64,000 bases of DNA from Octopus vulgaris (Eukaryota). The notes beneath the pieces were generated by a model, which was not told the origin of the DNA, did no database searches, and saw nothing but the letters and a program-made list of their open reading frames with translations. Shown here in pieces: positions 25,683-39,188 of this stretch (position 1 is its first letter; every line of letters begins with the position of its first letter). The stretch spans positions 43,524,001 through 43,588,000 of the forward strand of contig OX597835.1 in NCBI GenBank assembly GCA_951406725.2, given 5' to 3'. Both the position numbers and the translations under genes were made by a program.

Positions 25683-25890
25683 TCAAAATGTGACCTTGTG
25701 TGTACCGTTGGCGATTTTTTTCCCCTCTGTCTTCTCTTCTCTGGATCTTTCCTTCTCCTATGTTTCCGACGAAGAGCTCCGCTCGAAACGTTAAACTCTC
25801 CTTCTTTCCTGAGCGTCCAATAATACTATATTTGTTCCACGTCCTCGCGTTGTTGTCTTTTTTTTGTGCTTTCTTGTTTGGATTAACTTT
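25682..25890 (+). mobile_element. Family E: ~210-bp hammerhead-containing element in (TA)n (Penelope pLTR or retrozyme-like)
   Basis: Homologous to copies at 39143, 40030 and 41480; all TA-flanked. Confidence 0.8.
25762..25796 (+). ncRNA. Minimal type I hammerhead ribozyme (CCGA core variant)
   Basis: gttt-CCGACGA-a-gagc tcc gctc-GAAA-cg-TT-aaac. Confidence 0.6.
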
Positions 25891-25901
25891 ATATATATAT
25901 A

Positions 25902-25974
25902 TCGGGCCGACCAAAGCCTTGAGAGTGGATTTGGCCGACTGAAACTGAAAGATGCCCGTTGTATACATACATAC

Positions 25975-26042
<68 letters not shown>

Positions 26043-26237
26043 GTATATATGTGTGTGTGTTTGTTCCCACCACCACCAACATCGCTTGACAACTGATGCC
26101 GGTGCGTTTAAGTCCCCGAGACATAGTGGTTCGGCAAAAGAGAGCGATGGAATAAGTACTAGGGCTTACAATTTGCTCGACTAAAGGCGGTGCTCCAGCA
26201 TGGCCGCAGTCAAAATGAGTTAAACAAGTAAAAGAAT
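25902..26237 (+). mobile_element. SINE family A, 5'-truncated
   Basis: Body and tail of family A. Confidence 0.85.
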
Positions 26238-26319
26238 ATATATATATATATAGTTCAGCTCAAAAGAGTGAAAACAGATTGTTTTATTTTGTTTCGGGCA
26301 GAATTTACAAAAATATGAC

Positions 26320-26370
<51 letters not shown>

Positions 26371-26902
26371 GTGAACCGTTTCAATCAACCAATTGTGTTT
26401 AAATCTTGTGCAACTTATATCACTGGAATTCCACCATTAATACTTCTACATGGTGTGGTGTCTAGTCTTAACTGATATCTCTAAAGCTAAATGTTCCTTA
26501 TCTACAAGCTTTATTACATTAAGAAGAAACGGAAAACTTCTAACGAGAAGACGACTTTCTTCCCCTCTTACTTTCGACTTTTCTGGTTCCCCCACCCCTC
26601 GTCCTTTCAGACTTCCGGTTCTTTCTTCTATCTTTCAGCATATTTTACTTATCAATAATGGTTATGTAGGAAGCGCGAGTAGGAAGTATCAGAACGGCGA
26701 TAAATGACCTCGACAGTTTAGTAGTATGGCGGACTACATGCTCCAAGTTCAGATCACGCAGGAACGACTTTGCGTTTGGTTTTTGTTATGTTTTTTTCTT
26801 TTTTTTATTATTATACCTCTTCGCAAGTGGTGGGTAAATGGTTGGGTGGTCTACAAAGTGACAAGTCTAGTCATGTTTGACTTTTATTTTTTTATTTCTT
26901 TC

Positions 26903-27311
26903 AGGCGCAGGAGTGGCTGTGTGGTAAGTAGCTTGCTAACCAACCACATGGTTCCGGGTTCAGTCCCACTGCGTGGCATCTTGGGCAAGTGTCTTCTGCT
27001 ATAGCCCCGGGCCGACCGATGCCTTGTGAGTGGATTTGGTAGACGGAAACTGAAAGAAGCCTGTCGTATATATGTATATATATGTGTGTGTTTGTTTGTG
27101 TGTCTGTGTTTGTTCCCCTAGCATTGCTTGACAACCGATGCTGGTGTGTTTACGTCCCCGTCACTTAGCGGGTCGGCAAAAAAGAGACCGATAGAATAAG
27201 TACTGGGCTTACAAAGAATAAGTCCCGGGGTCGAGTTGCTCGATTAAAGGCGGTGCTCCAGCATGGCCGCAGTCAAATGACTGAAACAAGTAAAAGAGAA
27301 AAGAGAAAGAG
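26903..27311 (+). mobile_element. SINE family A, full length; a decayed - strand copy follows tail-to-tail to ~27610
   Basis: aggcgcaggagtggctgtgtgg head through tail. Confidence 0.92.
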
Positions 27312-27741
27312 AGGCATTAGACTACGGCCAGGCGGGGGTACTCCCTTTAAGCGTGTTAACCGAACGAATCGATTCCGGTAGTCACTTTGCTTTTTAGAGT
27401 TCTGTACTTATTTTATGCCGAATCGCTTAGTTACGAAAACGTAAACCACTAGTCATAAATATATACGACGGGATTCTTTCGGTTTCCGTCTACCAAATCC
27501 ACACACAAGGCTTTTGCCGTCCCGAGGCTATAGTAGAAGGCACTTGCCGAACTGAACCCAGAACCATATGGTTGGTAAGCAAGCTTCTTACTACACAGTC
27601 ACGCCTGCACTATGTATATAAATATTTACATAATCACAATGAGGATATTTAGACCTCTTAGAGGGATATTTTTTATCCTAGATACACTGGTTTGATATAT
27701 TGTAGTTTCAAGAGATATTTCTTCAATGAATATCTCTATAT

Positions 27742-28406
27742 AGGCGCAGGAGTGGCTGTATGGTAAGTAGCTTGCTTACCAACCACATGGTTCCGGGTTC
27801 AGTCCCACTGCGTGGCACCTTGGGCAAGTGTCTTCTACTATAGCCTCGGGCCGACCAAAGCTTTGTGAGTGGATTTGGTAGACGGAAACTGAAAGAAGCC
27901 CGTCGTATATATGTATATATATATATATTTCTTTACTACCCACAAGGGGCTAAACATAGAGGGGACAAACAAGGACAGACAAAGGGATTCAGTCGATTAC
28001 ATCGACCCAGTGCGAAACTGGTACTTTATTTATCGACCCCGAAAGGATGAAAGGCAAAGTCTACCTCGGCGGAATTTGAACTCAGAACGTAACGACATAC
28101 GAAATACCGCTAAGCATTTCGCCCGGCGCGCTAACGTTTCTGCCAGCTCGCCGCCTTAATATATGTATATATATATGTATGTGCGTGTGTGTTTGTGTGT
28201 CTGTGTTTGTTCCCCTAGCATTGCTTGACAACCGATGCTGGTGTGTTTATGTCCCCGTCACTTAGTGGTTCGGCAAAAGACACCGATAGAATAAGTACTG
28301 GGCTTACAAAGAATAAGTCCCGGGGTCGAGTTGCTCGACTAAAGGCGGTGCTCCAGCATGGCCGCAGTCAAATGACTGAAACAAGTAAAAGAGTAAAAGA
28401 GTAAAA
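27742..28406 (+). mobile_element. SINE family A with a - strand SINE B (27926-28157) in its internal (TA)n
   Basis: Both halves of A flank a complete reverse-complement B. Confidence 0.9.
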
Positions 28407-28758
28407 TATATAAACGGCAAAATGTCTGCGTGTGTGTCCTTTACAGAAATCCACAATTTTTCAGTTAGAGGGCTCGCACTTTCTATGGTCATTCAAAACC
28501 ATCCAAGGGTGGTCATGCACATCTTTACATTTCCCCAGTCACACCGCAAAGCCATTCAAAAATCAATAGAAGTGACTTTTTTGTGAATTTTCTATCCCAA
28601 ACCCAATCAAAATGCCCAAAACTTGATACGCCAATTGAATGCCAGCTAGCTGTATGTGATTGGTCGGAGATTTGGACAGTACTCTCGTGTATGTGCGCAC
28701 GCAGCTGTATATGCATGCACTAGCACTATGACCCGGCAACGCCGGGTCATAGTGCTAA
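28407..28758 (+). mobile_element. Non-autonomous Helitron-like element, copy 1
   Basis: Very similar to 35648-36011; 3' GC-rich hairpin then ctaa (CTAG in copy 2); no TIR or TSD. Confidence 0.75.
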
Positions 28759-29044
28759 TATTATATAAAATATCGTAAAATATTAAATATTATTATCGAA
28801 TTTGAAAACAGAGAGATCAATAGATACAAATTAATTTATCAATTAACATATTCACCTGCAATTATTTCATTTATACATATATACGCTAGGCTTCTTTCAG
28901 TTTCCGTCTACCAAATTCACTCACAAGGCATTGGCCGGCCTGGAGGTATCGCAGAAGATACTTGCCCAAGGTGTCGCGCAGAGAGAGGGACTGAACTCGG
29001 ATTCATGTGGTTAGGCAAAAAAAACAAAAAAACTTTTACTCTAT

Positions 29045-29431
29045 AGGAGTGGCTGTGTGGTACATAGCTTGCTTACGAACTACATGGTTCCGGGTTCAGT
29101 CCCACTGCATGGCAACTTGGGCATGTGTCTTCTACTATAGCCTTGGACCAACCAAAGCCTTGTGAGTGGATTTGGTAGACGGAAACTGAAAGAAGCTTGT
29201 CGTATGTATATATATATATATGTGTGTGTTTGTGTGTCTGTGTTTGTCCCCCAACATCGCTTGACAACCGATGTTGGTGTGTTTACGTCCACGTAACCTA
29301 GCGGCTCGGCAAAAGAGACCCGATAGAATAAATACTAGGCTTACAAAGAATAAGTACTGGGGTCGATGTGCTCGACTATAGGCGGTGCTCCAGCATGGCC
29401 ACAGTCAAATGAGTGAAACAAGTAAAAGAGT
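29045..29431 (+). mobile_element. SINE family A, full length
   Basis: Head to tail match to family A. Confidence 0.9.
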
Positions 29432-29582
29432 ATAGATTTTTTACTTCATAACTTCCTTTTCTGGGCCTCAACCCGAACTTTATTGGCCGTGAATGTCTTT
29501 TGAACTTTCGTTGCTTCGTTGTATTTCATCGGTGTTCAATATCGCAGACTCACACGGACTCTCTGCGGTCATATATATATAC

Positions 29583-30710
29583 AGGCAGGGAGCTGGCAGA
29601 AACGTTAGCACGCCGGGCGAAATGCTTAGCAGTATGTCATCTGGCTTTACATTCTGAGTTCAAATTCCGCCGAGGTCGACTTTGCCTTTCACACTTACTG
29701 GGTCGATAAATTAAATACCTATTTCTTTATTGCCCACAAGGGGCTAAACATAGAGAGGACGAACAAGGACAGACAAACGGATTAAGTCGATTACATCGAC
29801 CCCAGTGCGTCACTGGTACTTATTTAATCGACCCTGAAAAGATGAAAGGTAAAGTCGACCTCGGCGAAATTTGAACTCAGAACGCAGCGGCGGACGAAAT
29901 ACCACAAAGCATTTCACCCGGCGTGCTAACGTTTCTGCCAGATCGCCGCCTTTATTTCCAGTTGCGTACTGGGGTCGATCTAATCGACTGGAATCCTTCC
30001 CCAAAATTTCGAGCCTTGTGCCTAGAGAAGAAAAGAATATTAGACAAGGCGGCGAACTGGCAGAAACGTTAGCACGCCGGGCGAATTGCGTAGCCGTATT
30101 TCATCTGCCGTTACGTTCTGAGTTCAAATTCCGCCGAGGTCGACTTTGCCTTTCATTCTTTCGAGATCAATTAAATAAGGGATCTTTTCGGTTTGAACGG
30201 CAGTTTTTTCTAGCGGTGTCATATGAAATTGTCACCCATAATTATGACCCTAGTATCGATCTATTGCATTTCAATCTGTTTTAGGGTTAGTTAGGGTTAG
30301 GGGTGGGGGGAAGGGTATCTTTTTTTTTCTTCGCAAATGTAAATAAACCCAATCTGTTTCTTAAACGAGGGTCAAATTCATATGGCACAGAATGTTTTTT
30401 TTTATCTCAATAGACGTCATTGATTGGTTGAAATTGCAGAAATTGAAGAAAAAAATCAACAAATATCTTACAAACGGTAGAATTTTCTCAATAAAGCCAA
30501 GAGTAAAATGTTTTATAAACACATTCTACCAGTATACGAAGTTTAAAAGTATTTAGTTACCTAGAAATTATGTTAAAAACTGCCGTTCAAACCGAAAAGA
30601 TCCTAAATAAGTACCAGTTACGCACTGAGGTCGATATAATCGACTTAATCCCTTTGTCTGTCCTTGTTTGTCCCCTCTATGTTTAGCCCCTTGTGGGCAA
30701 TAAAGAAATA
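29583..30710. mobile_element. Nested SINE B cluster (- copy inside a + copy; second + copy interrupted by MITE C)
   Basis: Family B motifs on both strands. Confidence 0.85.
30180..30603. mobile_element. MITE family C (Merlin-like) inserted in SINE B
   Basis: Perfect 8-bp TSD taaataag (30172-30179, 30604-30611); GG...CC termini. Confidence 0.93.
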
Positions 30711-31562
30711 TATATATATATATACACGGATTGGGTCGAATTCGAGAAAACTATAACCTCCCTATCTCTCACACTACAAAAACTAGTTGACCTTGTCGCC
30801 TCTGTTCAGAAATCAATAAGCAGGAAGTAGTTAGAAATTCTGTAATTATTCTTATTAAATTTTTCCAGAGTTAAAAATATTTTTTCCCCTCTTCTCCTTA
30901 AACTTGTAGACTGAATGACACTAGTATAATTAAAATATAGCAGCTGGTCTTTACATTTTTCCTTTTTTTTCACTGGCCGAGGTTGCATATACGTAAAAAT
31001 AAACGAGAAAAGAACACGTTAGAATTTGGGGCAAATGCTGCTCTTTGTGTGTGAAAGAGAGAGAGAGAGATACACAGTGAGATACAGAGAGAGAGAGAAA
31101 GAGAGATTGAGTGTACTATCTCAGAATGTGTACCCGCGTTACAAGTTGTGTTTATGTAGTAACCACCTCTTTTTTAGCTTCAGTGACACACCCACAAAAT
31201 CCCTCTCCTTGTTAACAACTATACAAGTGTGTTTAACAAAGAAAACTAACATACTTGCTTGTAACACAGTCAGTCAGTCCCCTGGTATATATATATATAT
31301 ATATAGATATATAGATATATAGATATATATACATACATAAAATACACCCTCACGCACGTGCATACAAGCACAGAGGAAATAAGTAGCAACCGAGCAACAA
31401 ATAGATTCTTCATTTTGGTGTGTGTCTGTCCGTCCGTCCGCGTATCTTTACGTGTGTGAATGTGAGAGAGAGAGAGAGAGATAGAGAGAGAGAAGCGAGG
31501 TGAGATATAAATAGAAAAAGCAAACTCTAGAGAATGACAAAGAAATCGGGATATTTTATATA

Positions 31563-32255
31563 TTTATTTACTCTTTTGCTCGTTTCAGTCAGGTGACTGT
31601 GGCCATGCTGGAGCACCGCCCAGTAGTCGAGCAAATCGATCCCCCAGGACTTATTCTTTGTAAGCCTAGTACTTATACTATCGGTTCTCTTATGCCGAAC
31701 CGCTAAGTTACGGGGACGTAAACACACCAGCATCGGTTGTCAAGCGATGTTGGGGGACAAACACAGACACATACATACACACACACATATACGACGGGCT
31801 TCTTTCAGTTTCCCTCTACCAAATCCACTCACAAATCTTTGGTCAGCCCGAGGCTACAGTAGAAAATACTTGCTCAAGGTGCCACGCAGTGGGATTGAAC
31901 CTGGAACCATGCGGTTGGTAAACAAGCTACTCACCGCCTTTTACTCTTTTACTGCTTTCAGCTATTAGACTGCGGCCGTGCTGGAGCACTGCCTTGTTGA
32001 AATAAATGGGACAATTCGATACCAGTATTGTGTTTTGGGGGAAGAAATCAAACAAATACCGGTTTTCAAAGGTAGGGACACTAAGGACAAAGACAGTTTT
32101 TCGATGGGCTTCTATGTAGTTTCCTTCTACCAAATTCACTAGGCATTGGTTGGCCTGGGGCTATAGTTAAAAACACTTGTCCAAGCTGCCGTGCAGCGCG
32201 ACCGAACCCAAAACCATCTGGTTGCGAAGTGAATTTGTTAACCATACACCCATGC
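31563..32255 (-). mobile_element. Two tandem SINE family A copies (second decayed)
   Basis: Reverse-complement family A motifs. Confidence 0.85.
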
Positions 32256-32259
32256 TTGC

Positions 32260-32590
32260 GTCTCTCTCTCTCTTTGTTTCTTTCCCCCTCTCTCTTTGTT
32301 TTTCTCTCTTTCTCTCTTTATTTCTCTCTCTCTTTGTTTCGCTCACTCTTTGTTTTTTCTCTTTCTCTCTCTCTTTGTTTCTCTCCTTCCCTCTCTGTTT
32401 CTCTCCCTCTCTCTTTGTTTCTCTCTGTTTTCCCTCTCTTTCATTTTGTTTCTCTCTCCCTCTTTGTTTCTCTCTCTCTCTTCGTTTCTCTCTCTCTTTG
32501 TTTTCCTCTCTCTCACTTTCTTTCTCTCTCTCTTTGTTTTTTCTCTCTCTCACTTTCTTTCTCTCTCTCTTTCTCTCTCTCTCCCTCCTT
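32260..32590. repeat. CT-rich minisatellite (tctctctttgttt units)
   Basis: Visible directly in the sequence. Confidence 0.9.
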
Positions 32591-33054
32591 CTTTATCTAT
32601 TTGTCTGTCCCCCTTATCTCTTTCTGCCTAATTTAGACGCAAAGCGAATACTCCAAAGGGAGTTGATAACATCGGCCCCAGTCCCTTGTTTGGTACTTTT
32701 TTCATCTACACCGAAAAGATAGATGAAGGACCAAAGTTGACCTTGGCAGGATTTGAACTCAGAATGTGAAGAGAGCCAGAAGAAATGCGCTAAGCATTTT
32801 TGTCCGATGCACCAACGATTCAGCCTAGAAAAATAAAGTCACAAATTACGCAATAGTTGTTTATTAAATGAGTCCTGGTATATAACTGGTACTTTACATA
32901 CACATTTACCTACACGATTAAAACCTTTCGTAACAGACTCGCATCAAGGATCAATATGCATTAAAAATACTTTGTTGAACAGCTTGGTGGTTTTCTTAGA
33001 TTTTGGTGGTTTACTGAGACATTCCAGTATTAATTAATTAATTAATTAACCTTA

Positions 33055-33475
33055 GGATCTTTTCGGTTTGAACGGCAGTTTTTAACATAATTTCTAGGTA
33101 ACTAAAACATTTTAAACTTCGTATACTGGTAGAATGTGTTTTTAAAACATCTTTTTCTCCTGGCTTTATTGAGAAAATTCTATAGTTTTGTAAGATATTT
33201 GTTGTTGTTTTTTGCTTCAATTTCTGCAATTTCAACCAATCAATGACGTCTATTGAGGTAAAAAAAACCATTCTGTGCCGTATGAATATGCCCCTCGTTT
33301 AAGAATCAGACTGGGTTTATTTACATTTGTGAAAAAAAAAAAAAAAAAAGATACCCCCCCCACCTCACCCCTAACCCTAACTAACCCTAACCCTAAAACA
33401 GATTGAAATGCAATTATGAATTTTCATAATGACTCCGCTAGAAAAACTGCCGCCGCTTCAAACCGAAAAAGATCC
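33055..33475. mobile_element. MITE family C
   Basis: Both TIRs, ccctaa core. Confidence 0.85.
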
Positions 33476-33817
33476 TTTTAACCTCTCTTATCCTAACTAT
33501 CCACGTGGTTCTAACAATTCAGAATTGGAACTGATGTCGCTACCAAATTGATAAACTCTCTGCGGTCTGCGTTGACAAATGGCTGCCCAATATCTAGAAG
33601 CCATCTTGCACTCGCCACATTCAGTTTCTGCGAACCTGATTAAGGTTCGTTTGACGCACCTACCAAACTTTACATGGAACCGAATCAAACTGCTATTAAA
33701 TAGTGCGCGCGCATACATACATACATACATACATACATACATACATACATACATACATACATACATACGTACATACGTACGTACGTATGTATGTATGTAT
33801 GTATGTATGTATGTATG

Positions 33818-33857
<40 letters not shown>

Positions 33858-33952
33858 TGTATTAAACTTTTTAATGCTTTTTGGTTATTTAAAAAAAAGG
33901 TTAAAAGTTTAAAATTTTAAAAGTTTAAAAATTAAAAAATTTAAAATTAAAG

Positions 33953-34290
33953 TATCTCTCTCTATAAAACGGCATTTTGTCTGTGCGTTTTCTGTGTGTC
34001 TGTTTTCTCGTACCCTCAACCACGGCTTTCAACCGATTCTGATGAAACTTGACACACACATAGCCAAATAATTCAAAACTAACGCAGCGAAAATTTTGAA
34101 AAGTTCCCCCAGTTCTGAAAAAATCGATAAATTCGACATGGGGTCGAGAATCAGAAACCCAAACCACAGACCGTCTAGGGGACGCAACTCCACCTTTTTT
34201 AACTCTCAAAAAATTTGCCATCATTTTTTTCTATTTTTTGCTATAACTTAAAAATGCTTTATAGTTATTTCCTTACAAACCTGAGCAAAT
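33953..34290 (+). mobile_element. Helitron-like non-autonomous element, second family, 3'-truncated
   Basis: 5' atctctctctataaaacggc..tgtctg resembles the start at 35648. Confidence 0.55.
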
Positions 34291-34556
34291 TATAAAAATA
34301 TAAAAATTTATAAATTTAAAATTTAAATATAAAATTATCAAAATTTATAAATATAAATTTTAAAATTTCAAATTAAATAATTTAAATTTAAATTTAATAT
34401 TTTATATATATTTTGTATATTATATTAATTATATTTATTTTTTGTTATTTATGTTTTGGTTTTTGTCTATCACTGTTTGAGTTGCCTAATAGTGGTTTTG
34501 TCTCTAATTTAATTTATATATATATTAGCAGACACGCGTATTATTATATATATATA

Positions 34557-34980
34557 GGCGCAGGAGTGGCTGTGTGGTAAGTAGCTTGCTAACCAACCAC
34601 ATGGTTCCGGGTTCAGTCCCACTGCGTGGCATCTTGGGCAAGTGTCTTCTGCTATAGTCCCGGGCCGACCAATGCCTTGTGAGTGGATTTGGTAGACGGA
34701 GACTGAAAGAAGCCTGTCGTATATATGTATATATATATATAAGTGTGTGTGTATATGTTTGTGTGTCTGTGTTTGTCCCCCTAGCATTGCTTGACAACCG
34801 ATGCTGGTGTGTTTACGTCTCCGTCACTTAGCGGTTCGGCAAAAGAGACCGATAGAATAAGTACTGGGCTTACAAAGAATAAGTCCCGGGGTCGATTTGC
34901 TCGACTAAAGGCGGTGCTCCAGCATGGCCGCAGTCAAATGACTGAAACAAGTAAAAGAGAAAAGAGAGAGAGAGAGAGAG
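34557..34980 (+). mobile_element. SINE family A, full length, flanked by 21-bp inverted repeats
   Basis: Complete A; flanks 34524-34544 and 34994-35014 are reverse complements. Confidence 0.92.
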
Positions 34981-35647
34981 TATATACATATATATAATAC
35001 GCGTGTCTGCTAATACTTTGCATGTACCACGTCCCCGCATTGTTTTTCTTCTTCTTTTTGGGTTGGGGATTAACTATATACTCTTTACTCTTTTACTTGT
35101 TTCAGTCATTTGACTGCGGCCATGCTGGAGCACCGCCTTTACTCGAGCAAATTGACCCCCAGGACTTATTCTTTGTAAGCCTTGTACTTATTCTATCGGT
35201 CTCTTTTGTTGCCGAACCGCTAAGTTATGGGGACGTAAACACACCAGCATTATTAAATAATAATCTTTCTATTATATTTGTAGAAATTTTGGGAGAGGGG
35301 ATGAGTTTATTACATCGACCACGGTGCGTAACTGGTACCTAATTTATCGACCCCCGAAAGGATGAACGGAAAAGTCGACCCCGAAAGGATGAAAGGTAAA
35401 GTTGACCTCGGCAGCATTTGAACTCAGAACGAGATAGATGAAATACCGCTAAGCATTTCGCCCGCCGTGCTAACGAATCTGCCAGCTTGCCACCTCATTA
35501 ATAGTAATAATTATAATAATAACTTAATACTTAAAATTTAATGCAGAACGGTGGATGGACAAAATTTAAACCTCTTATCGGGATATTTTATATAAAATAC
35601 ACTGGTTTAGTATATAATATTTTGAATAGATATTTCTTTAATGAATA

Positions 35648-36011
35648 TCTCTCTATTTATAAACGGCAAAATGTCTGCGTGTGTGTCCTTTATACAAATC
35701 CACAATTTTTCAGTTAGAGGGCTCGCACTTTCTATGGTCATTCAAAACCGTCCAAGGGTGGTCGTGCACAACTTTACATTTCCCCAGCCACCCAGCAAAG
35801 CCATTCAAAAATCAATAGAAGTGACTTTTTTGTGAATTTTCTATCCAAAACCCAATCAAAATGCCCAAAACTTGATACGCCAATTGAATGCCAGCTTGCT
35901 GTATGTGATTGGTCAGAGATTTGGACAGTACTCGTGTGTATGTGCGCACGCACGCAGCTGTATATGCATGCACTAGCACTATGACCCGGCGTTGCCGGAT
36001 CATAGTGCTAG
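35648..36011 (+). mobile_element. Non-autonomous Helitron-like element, copy 2
   Basis: a|TC start, 3' hairpin, CTAG|t end. Confidence 0.8.
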
Positions 36012-36307
36012 TATTATATAAAATATCAGACATTATAATCAAGTTAGAAGACAGATCTAATGGATACAAATTTATTAACATATTCACCTACAACTGTTTC
36101 GTTTCACAAGCAAAATTAAAATTACAAAACATATGTAAATATATAATTTTGCATTTCAAGTACCTTGTATGGAAAAATCATTAGGGTGTACAAAAGACAA
36201 TACAACGATTACATTAGGATACATTTGGAACACTCAGAATATATAGACATATTTATTATGTGTGTATGTATATATGTGTGTGTGTGCACGCTGTGCGTTA
36301 AAATTAT

Positions 36308-36793
<486 letters not shown>

Positions 36794-36999
36794 ATACTTT
36801 AATTTTGTTTGTGAAATGAAACAGTTGTAGGTGGATATGTTAAGTAATTAATAAATTAATTCCTATCCATTAAAATCTCTGTATTCTAACTGGATAAGAT
36901 AGCGTCGGAGTTTTATCATGTGTCCGATAATTTATCAAATTTCTTCTTGACCGTTTATTTCCCTCTATCCGTGTTTGTGCCTCTGGTGACTAAAAAGGC

Positions 37000-37935
37000 C
37001 GATTCTTGCATGGAAGCGTCTGTTACAAAATTCACAGGGGATCTGTGGTGAAGGCTTCGGTTGTTGTAGTCTCCATTTTCTTTCTTGTCGTTTATCTTCC
37101 TCTTTCCTCTGTCGATCAGCTTCGAAATGATCTGTCACCGTAGAGATGGAATGATACCAGTCGGGACTGTCCTGAGCTTCAATGTCCCAGGCTCTGGGAT
37201 CGATTTCAGTCAGCTTTAGGCTTTGTTTCAGTTGATCTTGTCACTTATTTATGAGAAAAAAGATACCCAGTGGTCATAAACTGAGGAGTCCACCAGATAA
37301 AATTGACGCAGTAGCCTGGTTTCTTTCATTCTTGCTACGTTGCCCGCCCATCTCAGACAATGTTTCAGGACGGGAGCCTCGATCCTATTGCTTTTCGTTC
37401 TCTCCAAAACGGAGACATCAGTCACATAGTCATTCCATTTAATGGGATGGTATCAAAGGCCTTTTCGGGGTCATAGAAAACAAAAGGGAGAGGTATTTTG
37501 TTGTTCTCTAATATTTTCTTGTAATAGTTGAGCACAATAGATCATGTCAGTTGTTACTCAGGATGGTCGAAGTCCACATTGTGATTCAGGTAGGATCTCC
37601 TCCGTGACGATTTGGTGACGATCCAGAAGGAGCCTTGCACAGATTTTCCCCGCAGTGGGGAGCAGTGAGGTGCCACGATAGTTTCTATCTCCTTTTTTAA
37701 AGATGGTGATAATAACAGCATTTTTGAAGTTTTGGGGGAACATGGCAGTTCTTTCACATTCGGAGAATCAATGTGAACAGACTGGTGTTTAATAGTCGTC
37801 CATTATGTTTTAGAAGTCCCACTGGGATGTTGTCTGGGCCAGGGGACTTCCGCTGCTTCATGCGGTTGAAGGCAACTTGGGACTCTTCGTAGGATGGTGG
37901 CGTGGTCATCGAGTGTTTTGTTGGATGCATGGAGT
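37000..37935 (-). pseudogene. Decayed RTE-clade reverse transcriptase fragments
   Basis: KSPGPDNIP; FKNAVIITIFKKGD..NYRGTSLL..AGKI.AR..ILPESQCG; frameshifted. Confidence 0.85.
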
Positions 37936-38075
37936 AACTTCTAAACGAGAGTGAGACAGCATGTTTTTTGTCTATCACCTTAACTTCTTGGAGATTTTAG
38001 ATATAATTACACTAATGTGTCCATCTGGTTCTAATTTAATTAAATTCTATGTTTTTGTGCAGCTGAAGATTGCTC

Positions 38076-39017
38076 GGATCTTTTCGGTTTGAACGGCAGA
38101 TTTTTAAAATGATTTCTTTGTAACTAAACACTTTTAAACTTCGTATACTGGTAGAATGTGTTACATAAAACATCTTTTTCTCTTGGCTTTCTTGAGAAAA
38201 TTCTGTAGTTTGTAAGCTATTTGTTGTTTAATGTCTTGCATTTCGGCAATTTCAACCAATCAATGACGTCTATTGAGGTGAATGCAATTTCTCCGGATCT
38301 TTGTCAACAACAATTATTTGCGGTGTCATATGAATTTGTCACTGTTATTTATGAGAAAAAAGATACTCTGTGGCCATAAACCGAGGGGTCACTCGTAAAC
38401 AGAGCTGGATAACAAAACCGTTCCCTCTTTAGTGTCCACTCATAATTATGGCCTTAGTATCGATCTATTGCATTTCAATCTGTTTTAGGGTTAGGGTTAG
38501 AGTTAAGGTTAGGGTTAGAGTTAGGGTTAAAGTTAGGGGTGGGGGGAAGGGTATCTTTTTTTCTTCAGAAATGTAAATAAACCCAATCTGTTTCTTAAAC
38601 GAATATATAATATGTAATGTGTGCAACAGAGAGGGAAATTAAAACTGCATATGTTGTGAACTTAGAATATGTGTTTATTAATAAAAGTTTAATAATGATA
38701 ATCTTTTATTCATACGAACGTAACTGATATGAAATATGTCATAAATAACAGGGACATTTTCTTATGACACTGCAAATAATTGTTGTTGACAAAGATTCGG
38801 AGAAATTGTATTCACCTCAATAAACGTCATTGATGGGTTGATATTGCCGAAATGCAAGAAATTAAACAACAAATAGCTTACAAACTACAGAATTTTCTCA
38901 AGAAAGCCAAGAGAAAAAGATGTTTTATGTAACACATTCTACCAGTATACGAAGTTTAGAAGTGTTTAGTTACAAAGAAATTATTTTAAAAATCTGCCGG
39001 CCAAAGCGAAAAGATCC
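38076..39017. mobile_element. MITE family C, long-TIR form (~270-bp arms)
   Basis: Perfect 8-bp TSD gattgctc (38068-38075, 39018-39025); TTAGGG-like array at ~38485-38537. Confidence 0.93.
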
Positions 39018-39149
39018 GATTGCTCTGCATTTTAAACTGATGTAATGATTGTATTGTTCAATTAAATGGAGTTGCATGAAACGATCGTACTGCATTACCT
39101 CTGGATTTCCTTTACATACATACATATATATATATATATATAATGTATA

Positions 39150-39188
39150 TAGTTTCTGACGAAGAGCTTCGCTCGAAACATAAGACTA
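39150..39188 (+). ncRNA. Type I hammerhead ribozyme in a family E copy (39143-39300)
   Basis: tagttt-CTGACGA-a-gagc ttc gctc-GAAA-ca-TA-agacta; 6-bp stem I. Confidence 0.65.

Noticed and set aside
33490-33700. Possible host exon in unique, moderately GC-rich sequence
   Set aside because: No recognisable protein similarity or consistent splice frame; needs RNA-seq or BLASTX
38485-38540. True telomere or subtelomere
   Set aside because: Short, degenerate and internal to a MITE with a TSD
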